IMG/VR virus record: IMGVR_UViG_3300037722_000380
Span: 1 to 27,378 of that record
Direction: 5' to 3' (one strand)
Origin: a virus
DNA length: 27,378 bases
The position numbers and the translations under genes were made by a program. How positions within the stretch are numbered: position 1 is the first letter of the stretch; each line of letters begins with the position of its first letter. The notes under the pieces were generated by a model, which was given only the letters and a program-made list of their open reading frames with translations, had not been told where the DNA came from and made no database searches. This document shows positions 8,104 through 15,991 of the stretch, piece after piece.

Positions 8104-8356
8104 CGCACAAGTTTTAGAGTTGGCTGATTATCTTCAAGGTACGACTAATAATCTTGATGATGTTACTATCGACTTGTTCGGCGTCTGTCAAGACGAATTA
8201 TCCTTTGAAGATTTGGTTGAACTTGACTTAACTGTTTTTCAATGTGAAAACTGTGGCTGGTGGGCTGATTCAGGCGAAATGTCTGACGATCCAGGTCACG
8301 ATTGGCAGTGTCGGGACTGCGCGAGTGATGGCGAACCGGAATTTTGTGAAGATTAA
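8081..8356 (+). CDS. acidic Zn-ribbon protein (CxxC...CxxC)
   Basis: GGAG RBS; CENC and CRDC. Confidence 0.7.
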   Translation: MKKRTLTDAQVLELADYLQGTTNNLDDVTIDLFGVCQDELSFEDLVELDLTVFQCENCGWWADSGEMSDDPGHDWQCRDCASDGEPEFCED

Positions 8357-8527
8357 ATGCGACAAGTGCGGTTTTGAAGCAACACTTTTCCTTCAAAAGT
8401 TGCTGGAAAACGACTTGTATCCGCTATGGGAAGGCGAGTTAATGGGGCCGGGCCGTTGGAATGGCGTGCATTGTAAGAATCGTCCAAGGCTCCGGGCGTG
8501 GAATTGCGAAATGGGATTTAGGACAAA

Positions 8528-9013
8528 ATGAAGAAGAAAAGGTACTGGAAGCTTCTTAGTAACGCTTCGGAAATGCAAAAGGAACAGCCTGTGATCAATG
8601 TTTTTCGCGGAGATCACTTTTTTCTCTCGAATTTTTATCCTGTTACGGTATCTTACGATGGGGTTGAGTACCCATCTGTTGAACACGCTTATCAGGCAGC
8701 GAAGACAACGGATTTGCGGCAACGCCTAATTGTGCGGCGTCAGCCAACTCCCGGCGCTGCAAAACGTGCTGGTCGGAAGCTCTTTCTTCGTCCCAATTGG
8801 GACGCGGTGAAAATTTCGGCTATGACTGAGCTTGTTGGGGAGAAGTTTAAGCGCCCTGAACTCGCGACAAAACTTGTGGCGACTGGCGACGCTGAGTTGA
8901 TTGAAGGCAACAATTGGGGTGATACGTTTTGGGGTCAGCATAATGGAGTCGGCGAGAACCACCTAGGGAAAATTCTCATGACAGTGCGTGATGAGCTTCG
9001 GAATGCCGACTAG
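8528..9013 (+). CDS. ybiA: NADAR (YbiA-like) family protein; alternative start GTG 8591
   Basis: FLSNFY...YPSVEHAYQAAK...LIEGNNWGDTFWG...GENHLGKILM signature. Confidence 0.92.
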   Translation: MKKKRYWKLLSNASEMQKEQPVINVFRGDHFFLSNFYPVTVSYDGVEYPSVEHAYQAAKTTDLRQRLIVRRQPTPGAAKRAGRKLFLRPNWDAVKISAMTELVGEKFKRPELATKLVATGDAELIEGNNWGDTFWGQHNGVGENHLGKILMTVRDELRNAD

Positions 9014-9190
9014 CTGGCATTTTTCTCAGGAACCGGCTCGGTATAAGCCGATTGCGTGTAAGGTGTGCAAAACGTGTTGGTTCGATTTGCGTGCGGGGCG
9101 TTGTGTTTATGGCGGTCCGTTTGCCGGGTTCAAGACTGTTAACGGACGGCCGCTGACAGAGGCGGCAGTCCTTGATTCGAAAGGTGACCA

Positions 9191-9424
9191 ATGAAAATCG
9201 TTGTTCAGCACTGTGGTTCTGGAATGTCTCTTCAGCATATCTGTTCTATTATCAATGATCAAAATCTCTCTGACTTTTTGGTGACGATTATCCCCGAAGG
9301 TTCGAACCTCACGATAATCTTTAAGATTCCGGATGAGTTATATGCCGTTATGCAAATGAAAAATCGGTGGGCTACGCCTGAAGAAGTCGCGAAAGCGCCT
9401 GAGATAATTTCGGTTGACAAGTAA
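9191..9424 (+). CDS. hypothetical protein
   Basis: AAGG RBS, ATGA coupling. Confidence 0.6.
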   Translation: MKIVVQHCGSGMSLQHICSIINDQNLSDFLVTIIPEGSNLTIIFKIPDELYAVMQMKNRWATPEEVAKAPEIISVDK

Positions 9425-9442
9425 GAGCTAGTCAGGCATCAT
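9414..9442 (+). promoter_or_regulatory. putative sigma70 promoter followed by a structured leader
   Basis: TTGACA-N17-CATCAT; downstream GGGGCTGGG/CCCGGCCCC stem. Confidence 0.5.
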
Positions 9443-9541
9443 ACTTCAGTCATCGTCACCTTCTTCGGGGCTGGGGGACGTGGGATACCGAGCCCGGCCC
9501 CAATTTTCCGTTACGGCGGGGATCGCCTCGATGGAGGTATA

Positions 9542-9883
9542 GTGATGTTACAGGCAATTAAGCGTTATTTCCGCAATTCTCTCTATGCAGCCCTTGCATC
9601 GACTGCACTCATGGTAAGCACGGCCATTTGGGGACCGTCGCCTCTTGACCATTGGGCTGTAAACTTCTGGCTTTGGGTCGATCAGGGGGCCAACTCGATG
9701 CTCTTTCTCGGAGACCCGCAGGAAACCATAAGCAGCCGGGCAGGAAAGTGGTATGTCGATGGCGAAAGTTGGACCCGGCGCAATACGGCTTGGGTTCTCT
9801 GCGGCTTTCTTGACGTTTTCGATACAAATCATTGCGAAGACAGTGTAAACGAGCACGTCGGCGATAAGGCCGTTGTGCGCTAA
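9542..9883 (+). CDS. phage membrane-associated protein (DQ..N....GDPQETISSRAG...HC family)
   Basis: GGAGGT RBS; N-terminal hydrophobic helix; motif. Confidence 0.75.
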   Translation: MMLQAIKRYFRNSLYAALASTALMVSTAIWGPSPLDHWAVNFWLWVDQGANSMLFLGDPQETISSRAGKWYVDGESWTRRNTAWVLCGFLDVFDTNHCEDSVNEHVGDKAVVR

Positions 9884-9924
9884 TTTCCTTGACATTTCCG
9901 GCAATTTGTGGTCTGCTGCGTGTT

Positions 9925-10212
9925 ATGTTGAAGCGCATGGCATGGCGTCGGGCACGTATTCGGGCACGGTGGATTCACCGTCAGCGCGAGGAAGCTGCGC
10001 GTCAATCTGTAGTCGATCATGCCTGGAAGATGCGCGAAGAAGCCGAGCCGTGGACGAACGTTAATCGGTTGGCGGTGTTTTTCGTTAAATGGAACCGGAA
10101 ATCTTCTGAACCAGTGCGGATTCATCTTTCCTTGGGTCCAAAAGCGACTCCTGAAAATGTAATAGCTGAACTTCGTAAGTGGTTTGATGTCGTTAAATGG
10201 AGGAAATCGTGA
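9925..10212 (+). CDS. hypothetical basic protein (start uncertain)
   Basis: Track ORF 9889..10212; TTGACA at 9889 more likely a -35 element. Confidence 0.5.
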   Translation: MLKRMAWRRARIRARWIHRQREEAARQSVVDHAWKMREEAEPWTNVNRLAVFFVKWNRKSSEPVRIHLSLGPKATPENVIAELRKWFDVVKWRKS

Positions 10213-10436
10213 AAAAGGTTCATGCGTGGTTTCAGCGGCATCGGGTAGTGGCGGTGGTTCTGTCTACAGTAGCCGCCATTCTCTTTACGGTATCGGCTCC
10301 CGTTATAATTCCTCTTGAAAGTTTTGTTGTGGGATTTCGAGCGGCGGCTGAAGAAGCTCTTGACGCGGCACGCGCCAACTTTCTTGCACTAATTAACATT
10401 TGGCAAGATACAATTAAGCAGTGGAGGAAAATATGA
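10209..10436 (+). CDS. small membrane protein
   Basis: GGAGG RBS, GTGA coupling, one TM segment. Confidence 0.65.
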   Translation: MKKVHAWFQRHRVVAVVLSTVAAILFTVSAPVIIPLESFVVGFRAAAEEALDAARANFLALINIWQDTIKQWRKI

Positions 10437-10714
10437 GCGACGACCAAGATTTCTCCAACTATCCTGAGAGTATCAGCGAACTTAGGGGCCATAAGGAACA
10501 TAATGCGGCTCACTGGAAACCACGCGATGCTCTGATTGCTGCGCTTCGTGATATTGATTCCGGAGAGCACAATCCTTACGCACTAATCGTTGTCCAAGTT
10601 CAACGTAATCCTGAAAATCCCGAACTCACAAGCTGCCACTTCTATGCGTCAACTCCCGATGCCCCGACAGCTTTCGGTTTACTTGAGTACGTCAAGAAAT
10701 TCATGACTTACTGA
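10433..10714 (+). CDS. hypothetical protein (W.PRDALI..LRDIDSG motif)
   Basis: GGAGG RBS. Confidence 0.75.
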   Translation: MSDDQDFSNYPESISELRGHKEHNAAHWKPRDALIAALRDIDSGEHNPYALIVVQVQRNPENPELTSCHFYASTPDAPTAFGLLEYVKKFMTY

Positions 10715-11268
10715 TGATTATTCGCGAGCCCATTCCTGAGTTGAGCCCGCAGGCGAAATGTCTGTGCGCTGCAATCTTTTGGCCCGGCGGCGATAAAACG
10801 GAACTTACGTTCAACACACCGAAGCGGATTGGCTTGGAAGCCAAGAGGGCGCTCGATGAACTTGCTGCGAAAAAGGTAATCAAGATGCAAGGCGACCCGG
10901 TTGACGGCCCCGTGACGTATACCGGGACCGACTTATCGGTTTTGATCGGCGTAAAAGTTTCTCAGAAGTTCATAAATCAACACGGTCGGTTTCCGATGGT
11001 AATAGATTTTCCGGAGGATATGCCGGTTTTCATTGTAGCAAAATCCTTTCATCGCGCGAAACAGGTTGCGAAGGTACACGGTTTACATCCGGAAGGAACG
11101 TTTCGTCATGGAAAAGGTGCATGGCGGTACATAAACGAACCTGATAAAGCGCGGGGTATTGAATTCGGTAAGGCCGATGTTATATGGGATGAAACCATGT
11201 GGGATTTGCCGGATATTGATACCGTTATTCAAATCATGGTGACGCGGGGTGCGCCATCCCCGTTCTAA
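10714..11268 (+). CDS. hypothetical protein (184 aa)
   Basis: TGATG coupling. Confidence 0.7.
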   Translation: MIIREPIPELSPQAKCLCAAIFWPGGDKTELTFNTPKRIGLEAKRALDELAAKKVIKMQGDPVDGPVTYTGTDLSVLIGVKVSQKFINQHGRFPMVIDFPEDMPVFIVAKSFHRAKQVAKVHGLHPEGTFRHGKGAWRYINEPDKARGIEFGKADVIWDETMWDLPDIDTVIQIMVTRGAPSPF

Positions 11269-11280
11269 CCCCGTTCCGGG

Positions 11281-11309
11281 TTGACGCCGAGCGGCTACGA
11301 GCGTATCCT
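11281..11309 (+). promoter_or_regulatory. sigma70-type promoter
   Basis: TTGACG-N17-TATCCT. Confidence 0.55.
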
Positions 11310-11334
11310 TCGATTATCAACGAAGGAGACCCAC

Positions 11335-11868
11335 ATGCCCATTGTAGCTGGCGATATTGATTTTCATCTTTCTGGTGTAGCTGACGCAGAGAACGCCGAT
11401 CCGAATGCTGCGCTTGGCGGGGTGCTTTCCTCTGTCCAGATTGTTGATGCGACTCTACACAATCTGTTCGACGTTGTAAGCGGTATCGAATCGCGCGATG
11501 GCGATATCGAATACCGTTGTTTTTATGTTCGGAATGCTCACGCGACTTTGACCTTGATGAATCCTGAGATTTGGATTCAGACAAATACCCCTCACGCTAA
11601 CACAACAATCGCAATTGGGCTCGATCCTGCCGGAGTTGGTGACGGATCGGTAACCGGTGTTGCAGATACGATTGTCGATGAAGAAGAAGCACCTGATGGT
11701 GTGACTTTCTTTACGCCAACGGGAGAAGGTGACGGCCTGGAATTCCCGGCAGACCTTGCGCCGGGTGAAGTCATGGCGGTGTGGGCGCGGCGTACTGTGA
11801 CTTTAGGTGCCACGGCATTGAATGTGGATAATGCGGTACTTCGGGTTCAAGGCGAAACTCTAGAATAG
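11335..11868 (+). CDS. putative virion structural protein
   Basis: AAGGAG RBS; acidic beta-rich composition; NLFD.VSG.ES..G..EYRC.Y..N motif. Confidence 0.7.
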   Translation: MPIVAGDIDFHLSGVADAENADPNAALGGVLSSVQIVDATLHNLFDVVSGIESRDGDIEYRCFYVRNAHATLTLMNPEIWIQTNTPHANTTIAIGLDPAGVGDGSVTGVADTIVDEEEAPDGVTFFTPTGEGDGLEFPADLAPGEVMAVWARRTVTLGATALNVDNAVLRVQGETLE

Positions 11869-11880
11869 GGGGTTTTTCCG

Positions 11881-12711
11881 ATGGTCACCTGGAATCCAGC
11901 AGATAAAGAAACTAATGTCGTTTTAACGAACGGCAATCTGACCGCCCATACTAATCTAGTCGGCGCACTTGGTGACGGGGCTCGGGCAACAACCGGAGCT
12001 ATTGATACCGGAAAGTGGTATTGGGAAAGCACCTGTGACTTGACGCATAATGCAATAGGGTGGGCCAGTGCATCCTGGGATTTAACGACATTCAATAGTT
12101 CGAACAGCCGGGCGTATTATAACGCGACTGGAAATCTACGCGGCTCGCTTTTTGGAATCGATAACGCCGCTTTCGGGGCAACTTACACCGCAGGGGACGT
12201 AATAGGACTCGCCATAGACTTCGATGCGGGCTTGGCATGGTGGAGTAAGAATGGTGTCTGGCAAGCCTCGGGTGATCCCGAGAATGGGCTGAACGGTCAA
12301 TCTTTTACCCCTAATTCGGCGTTTTACCCGGCATTTTGGTTACAAGACGGACAACCGAGTCCCCCTCAAAGCCAGCTTACCTCGAATTTCGGGGCAACGG
12401 CGTTTAACACTGCACCCCCGACGGGCTTTACGGCTTTAAACGAGTTCGGTGGTCCGGCCACAGTTACAAGCGATTCGGATATCCGGTGGGCGGTTCAGTC
12501 TTTTGTTTTGAGTGATTTGGAAGTTCAATGGCAAGTTGGGTTTCCCGTAACCAATAACCTTGAACTTCAGTGGCTTTTGCGCCAGATGGTAATGTCGGAC
12601 TTGGATACTCAATGGAAAGTCACGGAACCGGCGCAGCCTCCGATTGGAAGCTTTAATCTGCCATTTCGCTTTACTAGCTTGATTGGCATTGTTCCGGTTC
12701 GGATTTTTTAA
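11881..12711 (+). CDS. SPRY/B30.2 (concanavalin-like) domain protein with C-terminal SDL..QW.V repeats; putative adhesin/fibre
   Basis: TWNPADK..VLTNGNLT...TGKWYWE...GDVIGLAIDFDAG..WWSKNG...NFG pattern. Confidence 0.75.
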   Translation: MVTWNPADKETNVVLTNGNLTAHTNLVGALGDGARATTGAIDTGKWYWESTCDLTHNAIGWASASWDLTTFNSSNSRAYYNATGNLRGSLFGIDNAAFGATYTAGDVIGLAIDFDAGLAWWSKNGVWQASGDPENGLNGQSFTPNSAFYPAFWLQDGQPSPPQSQLTSNFGATAFNTAPPTGFTALNEFGGPATVTSDSDIRWAVQSFVLSDLEVQWQVGFPVTNNLELQWLLRQMVMSDLDTQWKVTEPAQPPIGSFNLPFRFTSLIGIVPVRIF

Positions 12712-12721
12712 GGAGAGAACC

Positions 12722-13072
12722 ATGGCCCACACCGCTGAAAATCAAGATTTCGACATCTATCAGGGCGATGATAACATTCCGGTTCAATTCACCGTTATTG
12801 ACGATCAAGGAACACCTGTGGATGTTTCTGCGGCTCAATTCGTATGGGCATTTGCGAAGACACTGCGCGCCGTGCCGATTGTTCAGAAGACGGAACTTGA
12901 CGATATTAATTTGTCAGACCCCGTGAATGGTGTGATCCAGATTGTGATGCGCGCAGCGGATACGGAAACTCGTCGTGGTGCTTTTCAGCATGAATTGGTG
13001 ATCACGTTGGACGGCCAGATTCTTACGATTGCGACCGGGGTGATGACAATCAAGGATAGCAGCATCAAATAA
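12722..13072 (+). CDS. BppU-N-like Ig-fold virion protein
   Basis: AAGGAG RBS; IYQGDD...FTVID..G.PVDVS...NG.I.I pattern. Confidence 0.65.
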   Translation: MAHTAENQDFDIYQGDDNIPVQFTVIDDQGTPVDVSAAQFVWAFAKTLRAVPIVQKTELDDINLSDPVNGVIQIVMRAADTETRRGAFQHELVITLDGQILTIATGVMTIKDSSIK

Positions 13073-13145
13073 TGTAGCCGCAAAATTTGCGGTGAATGCG
13101 GTCCCTTTCTCCGCACAGCATAAAAAACGTGAAAGAATACAGCAT

Positions 13146-13193
13146 AAAAAACTTGAAAGGGTCCGGCTGCTTTTTGCTACCGAACCCTTTCAA
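13146..13193 (-). terminator. intrinsic terminator of the tRNA/ncRNA operon
   Basis: Minus strand: TTGAAAGGGTTCGG...CCGGACCCTTTCAA followed by GTTTTTTA; G-U pair only on minus strand. Confidence 0.75.
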
Positions 13194-13194
13194 C

Positions 13195-13340
13195 GTTGCG
13201 CTGCACTGACTGTAACTACATTTCAACAGGTTGGGTGTTTCTATCGGCGTGTGTAACTTATGCGCACTAGTTACAGCATTGCTGGCAGCCCCTACTTGCG
13301 TAGTTCACCCTACCAGGGTCGGTTTTCGCCGCTGTTGAAT
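13195..13340 (-). ncRNA. candidate ~145-nt multi-stem/pseudoknotted RNA (element D), unclassified
   Basis: Stems TTCAACAG/CTGTTGAA, CGGCG/CGCCG, CTAC-GCAA-GTAG (GNRA), TGTAACT/AGTTACA, CTGTAACTA/TAGTTACAG. Confidence 0.55.
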
Positions 13341-13341
13341 T

Positions 13342-13416
13342 TGGAGCACCGAGAGGGAATTGAACCCCCATCCTCAGAGTTGCAGTCTGCCGCATGAGCC
13401 ATTCTGCCATCGGTGC
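13342..13416 (-). tRNA. tRNA-Cys(GCA)
   Basis: Cloverleaf GCACCGA...TCGGTGC-T-CCA; anticodon loop CT-GCA-AC; T-loop GTTCAATT; U73. Confidence 0.93.
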
Positions 13417-13418
13417 AA

Positions 13419-13481
13419 TTTTATAGCTCCTGTTCGCTCGCCCTACATCGAGCCTTATGGGGTTACAAATCGGAGCTATCT
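13419..13481 (-). ncRNA. structured inter-tRNA spacer (element C)
   Basis: ATAGCTCC/GGAGCTAT closing stem; GCTCG-ATGTAGGG-CGAGC hairpin. Confidence 0.45.
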
Positions 13482-13556
13482 TGGAGCATCCTGCCGGATT
13501 CGAACCGGCACCGCAGGGCTTGGAAGGCCCGCATCATCCCATTAGACCAAAGATGC
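13482..13556 (-). tRNA. tRNA-Gly(TCC)
   Basis: GCATCTT...AGGATGC-T-CCA; anticodon loop CT-TCC-AA; GTTCGAATC. Confidence 0.93.
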
Positions 13557-13559
13557 AAA

Positions 13560-13668
13560 GCTGTAAGCTCAAGAGGGCCGATTGACGGCGTGTCTCTTGA
13601 GCATTTAATAATCCGGTGGGTCGCAAGGAGACCCGCATCTCCCATGTAGCAACCCACCGGGCGGGTTT
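13560..13668 (-). ncRNA. structured inter-tRNA spacer (element B, two hairpins)
   Basis: CCGGTGGGTTGC/GCGACCCACCGG (12 bp, G-U on minus strand) with GGAGA/TCTCC; GCTCAAGAG/CTCTTGAGC with GCCG/CGGC. Confidence 0.5.
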
Positions 13669-13743
13669 TGGAGCGGCTGGCGGGATTCGAACCCGCGACC
13701 TCCTGCTTGGCAAGCAGATACTCTACCACTGAGCCACAACCGC
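13669..13743 (-). tRNA. tRNA-Gly(GCC)
   Basis: GCGGTTG...CAGCCGC-T-CCA; anticodon loop TT-GCC-AA; GTTCGAATC. Confidence 0.95.
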
Positions 13744-13840
13744 AAATCTGTGAGGGAACTTTAGATGTAGCCAGACCTGTAGGTCCAGATTTCCTGGCGT
13801 CCCTCAAACCAGTAGGCTATGACCGAAAGCGTCTATCTAG
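13744..13840 (-). ncRNA. structured 5' leader of the tRNA operon (element A)
   Basis: TGAGGGA/TCCCTCA and GCCAG/CTGGC stems. Confidence 0.4.
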
Positions 13841-13845
13841 TGCGC

Positions 13846-13886
13846 ACCATATCAGCATTGACATCTCTTGTCAAGAAGAATATTAT
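13846..13886. promoter_or_regulatory. overlapping divergent sigma70 promoters sharing the palindrome TTGACA-TCTCT-TGTCAA
   Basis: Plus: TTGACA(13858-63)-N17-TATTAT(13881-86); minus: TTGACA(13874-69)-N17-TATGGT(13851-46) with TG extension. Confidence 0.85.
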
Positions 13887-13951
13887 GGTAAATAACGATG
13901 ACACAGGCAGGGTGATCCTGCTGAAACCTAACCGCATATTGGAGGGATTCC

Positions 13952-14365
13952 ATGGCGGACGATAAAGTCGTTGATTTCCTGTCTGCACGGGATGCTCGGG
14001 AAACCGAGCAGGCTCCCGATCTCATTGAAAATCGCATCACTGGTTCTGCGAAGTGTCTCTCGTGTGCTCACGAGTGGATCGCTGTCGCGCACCCAGGACG
14101 TGCTATGTTCAATATCGAATGCCCGAAGTGCGGCACGTTTCGCGGTCAACTCGTTCAGCCGGTTATCCCTTCCGAAGAGACGATAGTTTTTCAACACAAG
14201 TGCGGGTGTTATTACTATGTACCCATGTGGGTAAAGAAATCCGGCTTCATTGCACAAGGAGACGCGGACCTTCGCCTAGTTAACACAGCGGGTACAGCCG
14301 CAGCCGAACTAGTGCTTCTCTGTGTCGGCTGCGGTGATTTTGTTTCATTTGATGAGATTGCGTGA
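13952..14365 (+). CDS. multi-Cys Zn-ribbon protein
   Basis: CLSC, CPKC, HKCGC, CVGC; GGAGG RBS; coupled to terL. Confidence 0.8.
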   Translation: MADDKVVDFLSARDARETEQAPDLIENRITGSAKCLSCAHEWIAVAHPGRAMFNIECPKCGTFRGQLVQPVIPSEETIVFQHKCGCYYYVPMWVKKSGFIAQGDADLRLVNTAGTAAAELVLLCVGCGDFVSFDEIA

Positions 14366-15942
14366 TGAGTTTTGAGCCGATTATTTTAGAAGAGCGGACG
14401 GTTGCCACAGGTCGCGATGGTACGAAGATGATATGGGCTCGGGTTCTGACGGAGGAATTCGAAGAACGTTGGCAGCCTCGCCACTATGATTCACCAAATA
14501 ACCTAGACCGATATTATGTTCCAACATGGGCACCGTTGCCCGGCTCTCAATTTCTTTTTCTTCAGTGCCCCATTTTTGAAGCTCTGTACCACGGAACGCG
14601 CGGTCCCGGTAAGACGTTGACGCTAATCATGGACTTTGCAAAAGAAGTTGGCAAAGGTTATGGCTCTGCATGGCGTGGTATTCTATTTCGTAAAACATTC
14701 GGCGATCTTGACGACGTGGTTCGGAAAATTGAAGAGTGGTTCCCTCAGATTTATCCGGGGTTCCAATTTTTGAAATCGAAGGCTGAATATGCCGCCGTCT
14801 GGCCTACGGGTGAACGTCTGCTGCTGCGGCATATGAAAAATGAAGATGACTATCCCGAGTATCACGGCCATGAGTACCCATGGATCGGCTGGGAAGAGTT
14901 GGTGCAATGGGAGAACGACAAAGCATACAAGCTGATGATGTCGTGCTGTCGTCCACCCAGGCAGGGTGTACCGTGCCGCATTCGTGCAACGACAAACCCA
15001 TATGGTCCTGGTCATAACTGGATTAAGAAGCGGTTCAAACTCCCAGGTATGAATAGCCGGATTATCCGTGTTCCGGGCGAACTTCCGCGTGTTGCAATCC
15101 ATGGTAACTTGTCTGAAAATTTCGTCTTGTTACACGCACAACCGACATATCCTACGCAGATTCGCGAAGCCGCGACAAACCCGGCGCAGGCCGAAGCGTG
15201 GCTTGCCGGTTCTTGGGATGTAACTTCTGGTGGTATGATTGACGATCTGTGGGATGCGATAGTCCATGTGTTGCCGCCGATTCCGATTGGTAAGATACCT
15301 CGCGACTGGACTCTCACGCGGGCGTATGACCACGGCCAGTCGAGTCCGTTTGCGTGCGGCTGGTGGTTGGAATCAAACGGTGAGCCAATCGAGATTAACG
15401 GGCGGTTGATTGGGCGTGTGCGCGGCGATTTGATTCTATGGCAAGAGTGGTATGGAACTTCCGGAAATGATAATGAAGGTGTCCGTATGGCCGCTGCCAA
15501 AATCGGAGCGGGTATCCACGACCGCGAAGAAGATTGGAGTGTACGGGGTCCAAACTGGTGTCGCGTTATTGCCGGACCAGCCGATACTGAAATCTTTAAT
15601 AAGGAATCAAACCGTGACGGACGGTGCCCCGCCGATGATATGGCGGATGAAGGTGTGCCGTGGGAGCGCGCCGATAAGTCGGCGGGTTCTCGTAAGCGCG
15701 GATGGGAGATGTTGCGGACTTATCTATCCGGCGCTATTCCAAGCCCGGATGGGACGCGCGAAAAGTCGGGGTTGTTCGTCTGTTCAAATTGCGAATTCTG
15801 GATTAGTTTGTGTCCCCCGATGCCGCGCGATGACAAAGATTTAGATGAAGTCCCCGCTACTTATGAAGACCACTTGGCCGATATGACGCGGTATCGGTTG
15901 AATTGGCAGGTTCCCGGCATGTGGCGGCGGGGCTTCCGGTAA
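14365..15942 (+). CDS. terL: terminase large subunit
   Basis: Walker A GTRGPGKT, Walker B WIGWEEL, motif III ATTNP, C-terminal RNase H-like nuclease (AYDHG...EDHLADMTRY). Confidence 0.96.
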   Translation: MSFEPIILEERTVATGRDGTKMIWARVLTEEFEERWQPRHYDSPNNLDRYYVPTWAPLPGSQFLFLQCPIFEALYHGTRGPGKTLTLIMDFAKEVGKGYGSAWRGILFRKTFGDLDDVVRKIEEWFPQIYPGFQFLKSKAEYAAVWPTGERLLLRHMKNEDDYPEYHGHEYPWIGWEELVQWENDKAYKLMMSCCRPPRQGVPCRIRATTNPYGPGHNWIKKRFKLPGMNSRIIRVPGELPRVAIHGNLSENFVLLHAQPTYPTQIREAATNPAQAEAWLAGSWDVTSGGMIDDLWDAIVHVLPPIPIGKIPRDWTLTRAYDHGQSSPFACGWWLESNGEPIEINGRLIGRVRGDLILWQEWYGTSGNDNEGVRMAAAKIGAGIHDREEDWSVRGPNWCRVIAGPADTEIFNKESNRDGRCPADDMADEGVPWERADKSAGSRKRGWEMLRTYLSGAIPSPDGTREKSGLFVCSNCEFWISLCPPMPRDDKDLDEVPATYEDHLADMTRYRLNWQVPGMWRRGFR

Positions 15943-15991
15943 GTTGACCCCTATGTTATCATAGTGGGTCGCATGATTAAGGACGGTTGAC

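Noticed and set aside
13585-13595. 11-nt complementarity between spacer B and the MCP leader (20170-20180)
   Set aside because: A few 11-nt matches are expected by chance between ~450 nt and 27 kb; pairing does not extend cleanly
13195-13668. Theta/HDV-like, twister, pistol or hammerhead ribozymes behind the tRNAs; Y RNA; group I intron; RNase P fragment
   Set aside because: I could not thread the required topology or conserved nucleotides; tRNAs already encode CCA; a cmscan is still needed
13261-13846. 10-bp inverted match between element D (13261-13270) and the promoter discriminator (13837-13846)
   Set aside because: Compatible with chance and mostly upstream of the predicted TSS
13360-13895. 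Several 60-114-aa ORFs across the tRNA region
   Set aside because: They overlap intact tRNA cloverleafs and lack convincing RBSs
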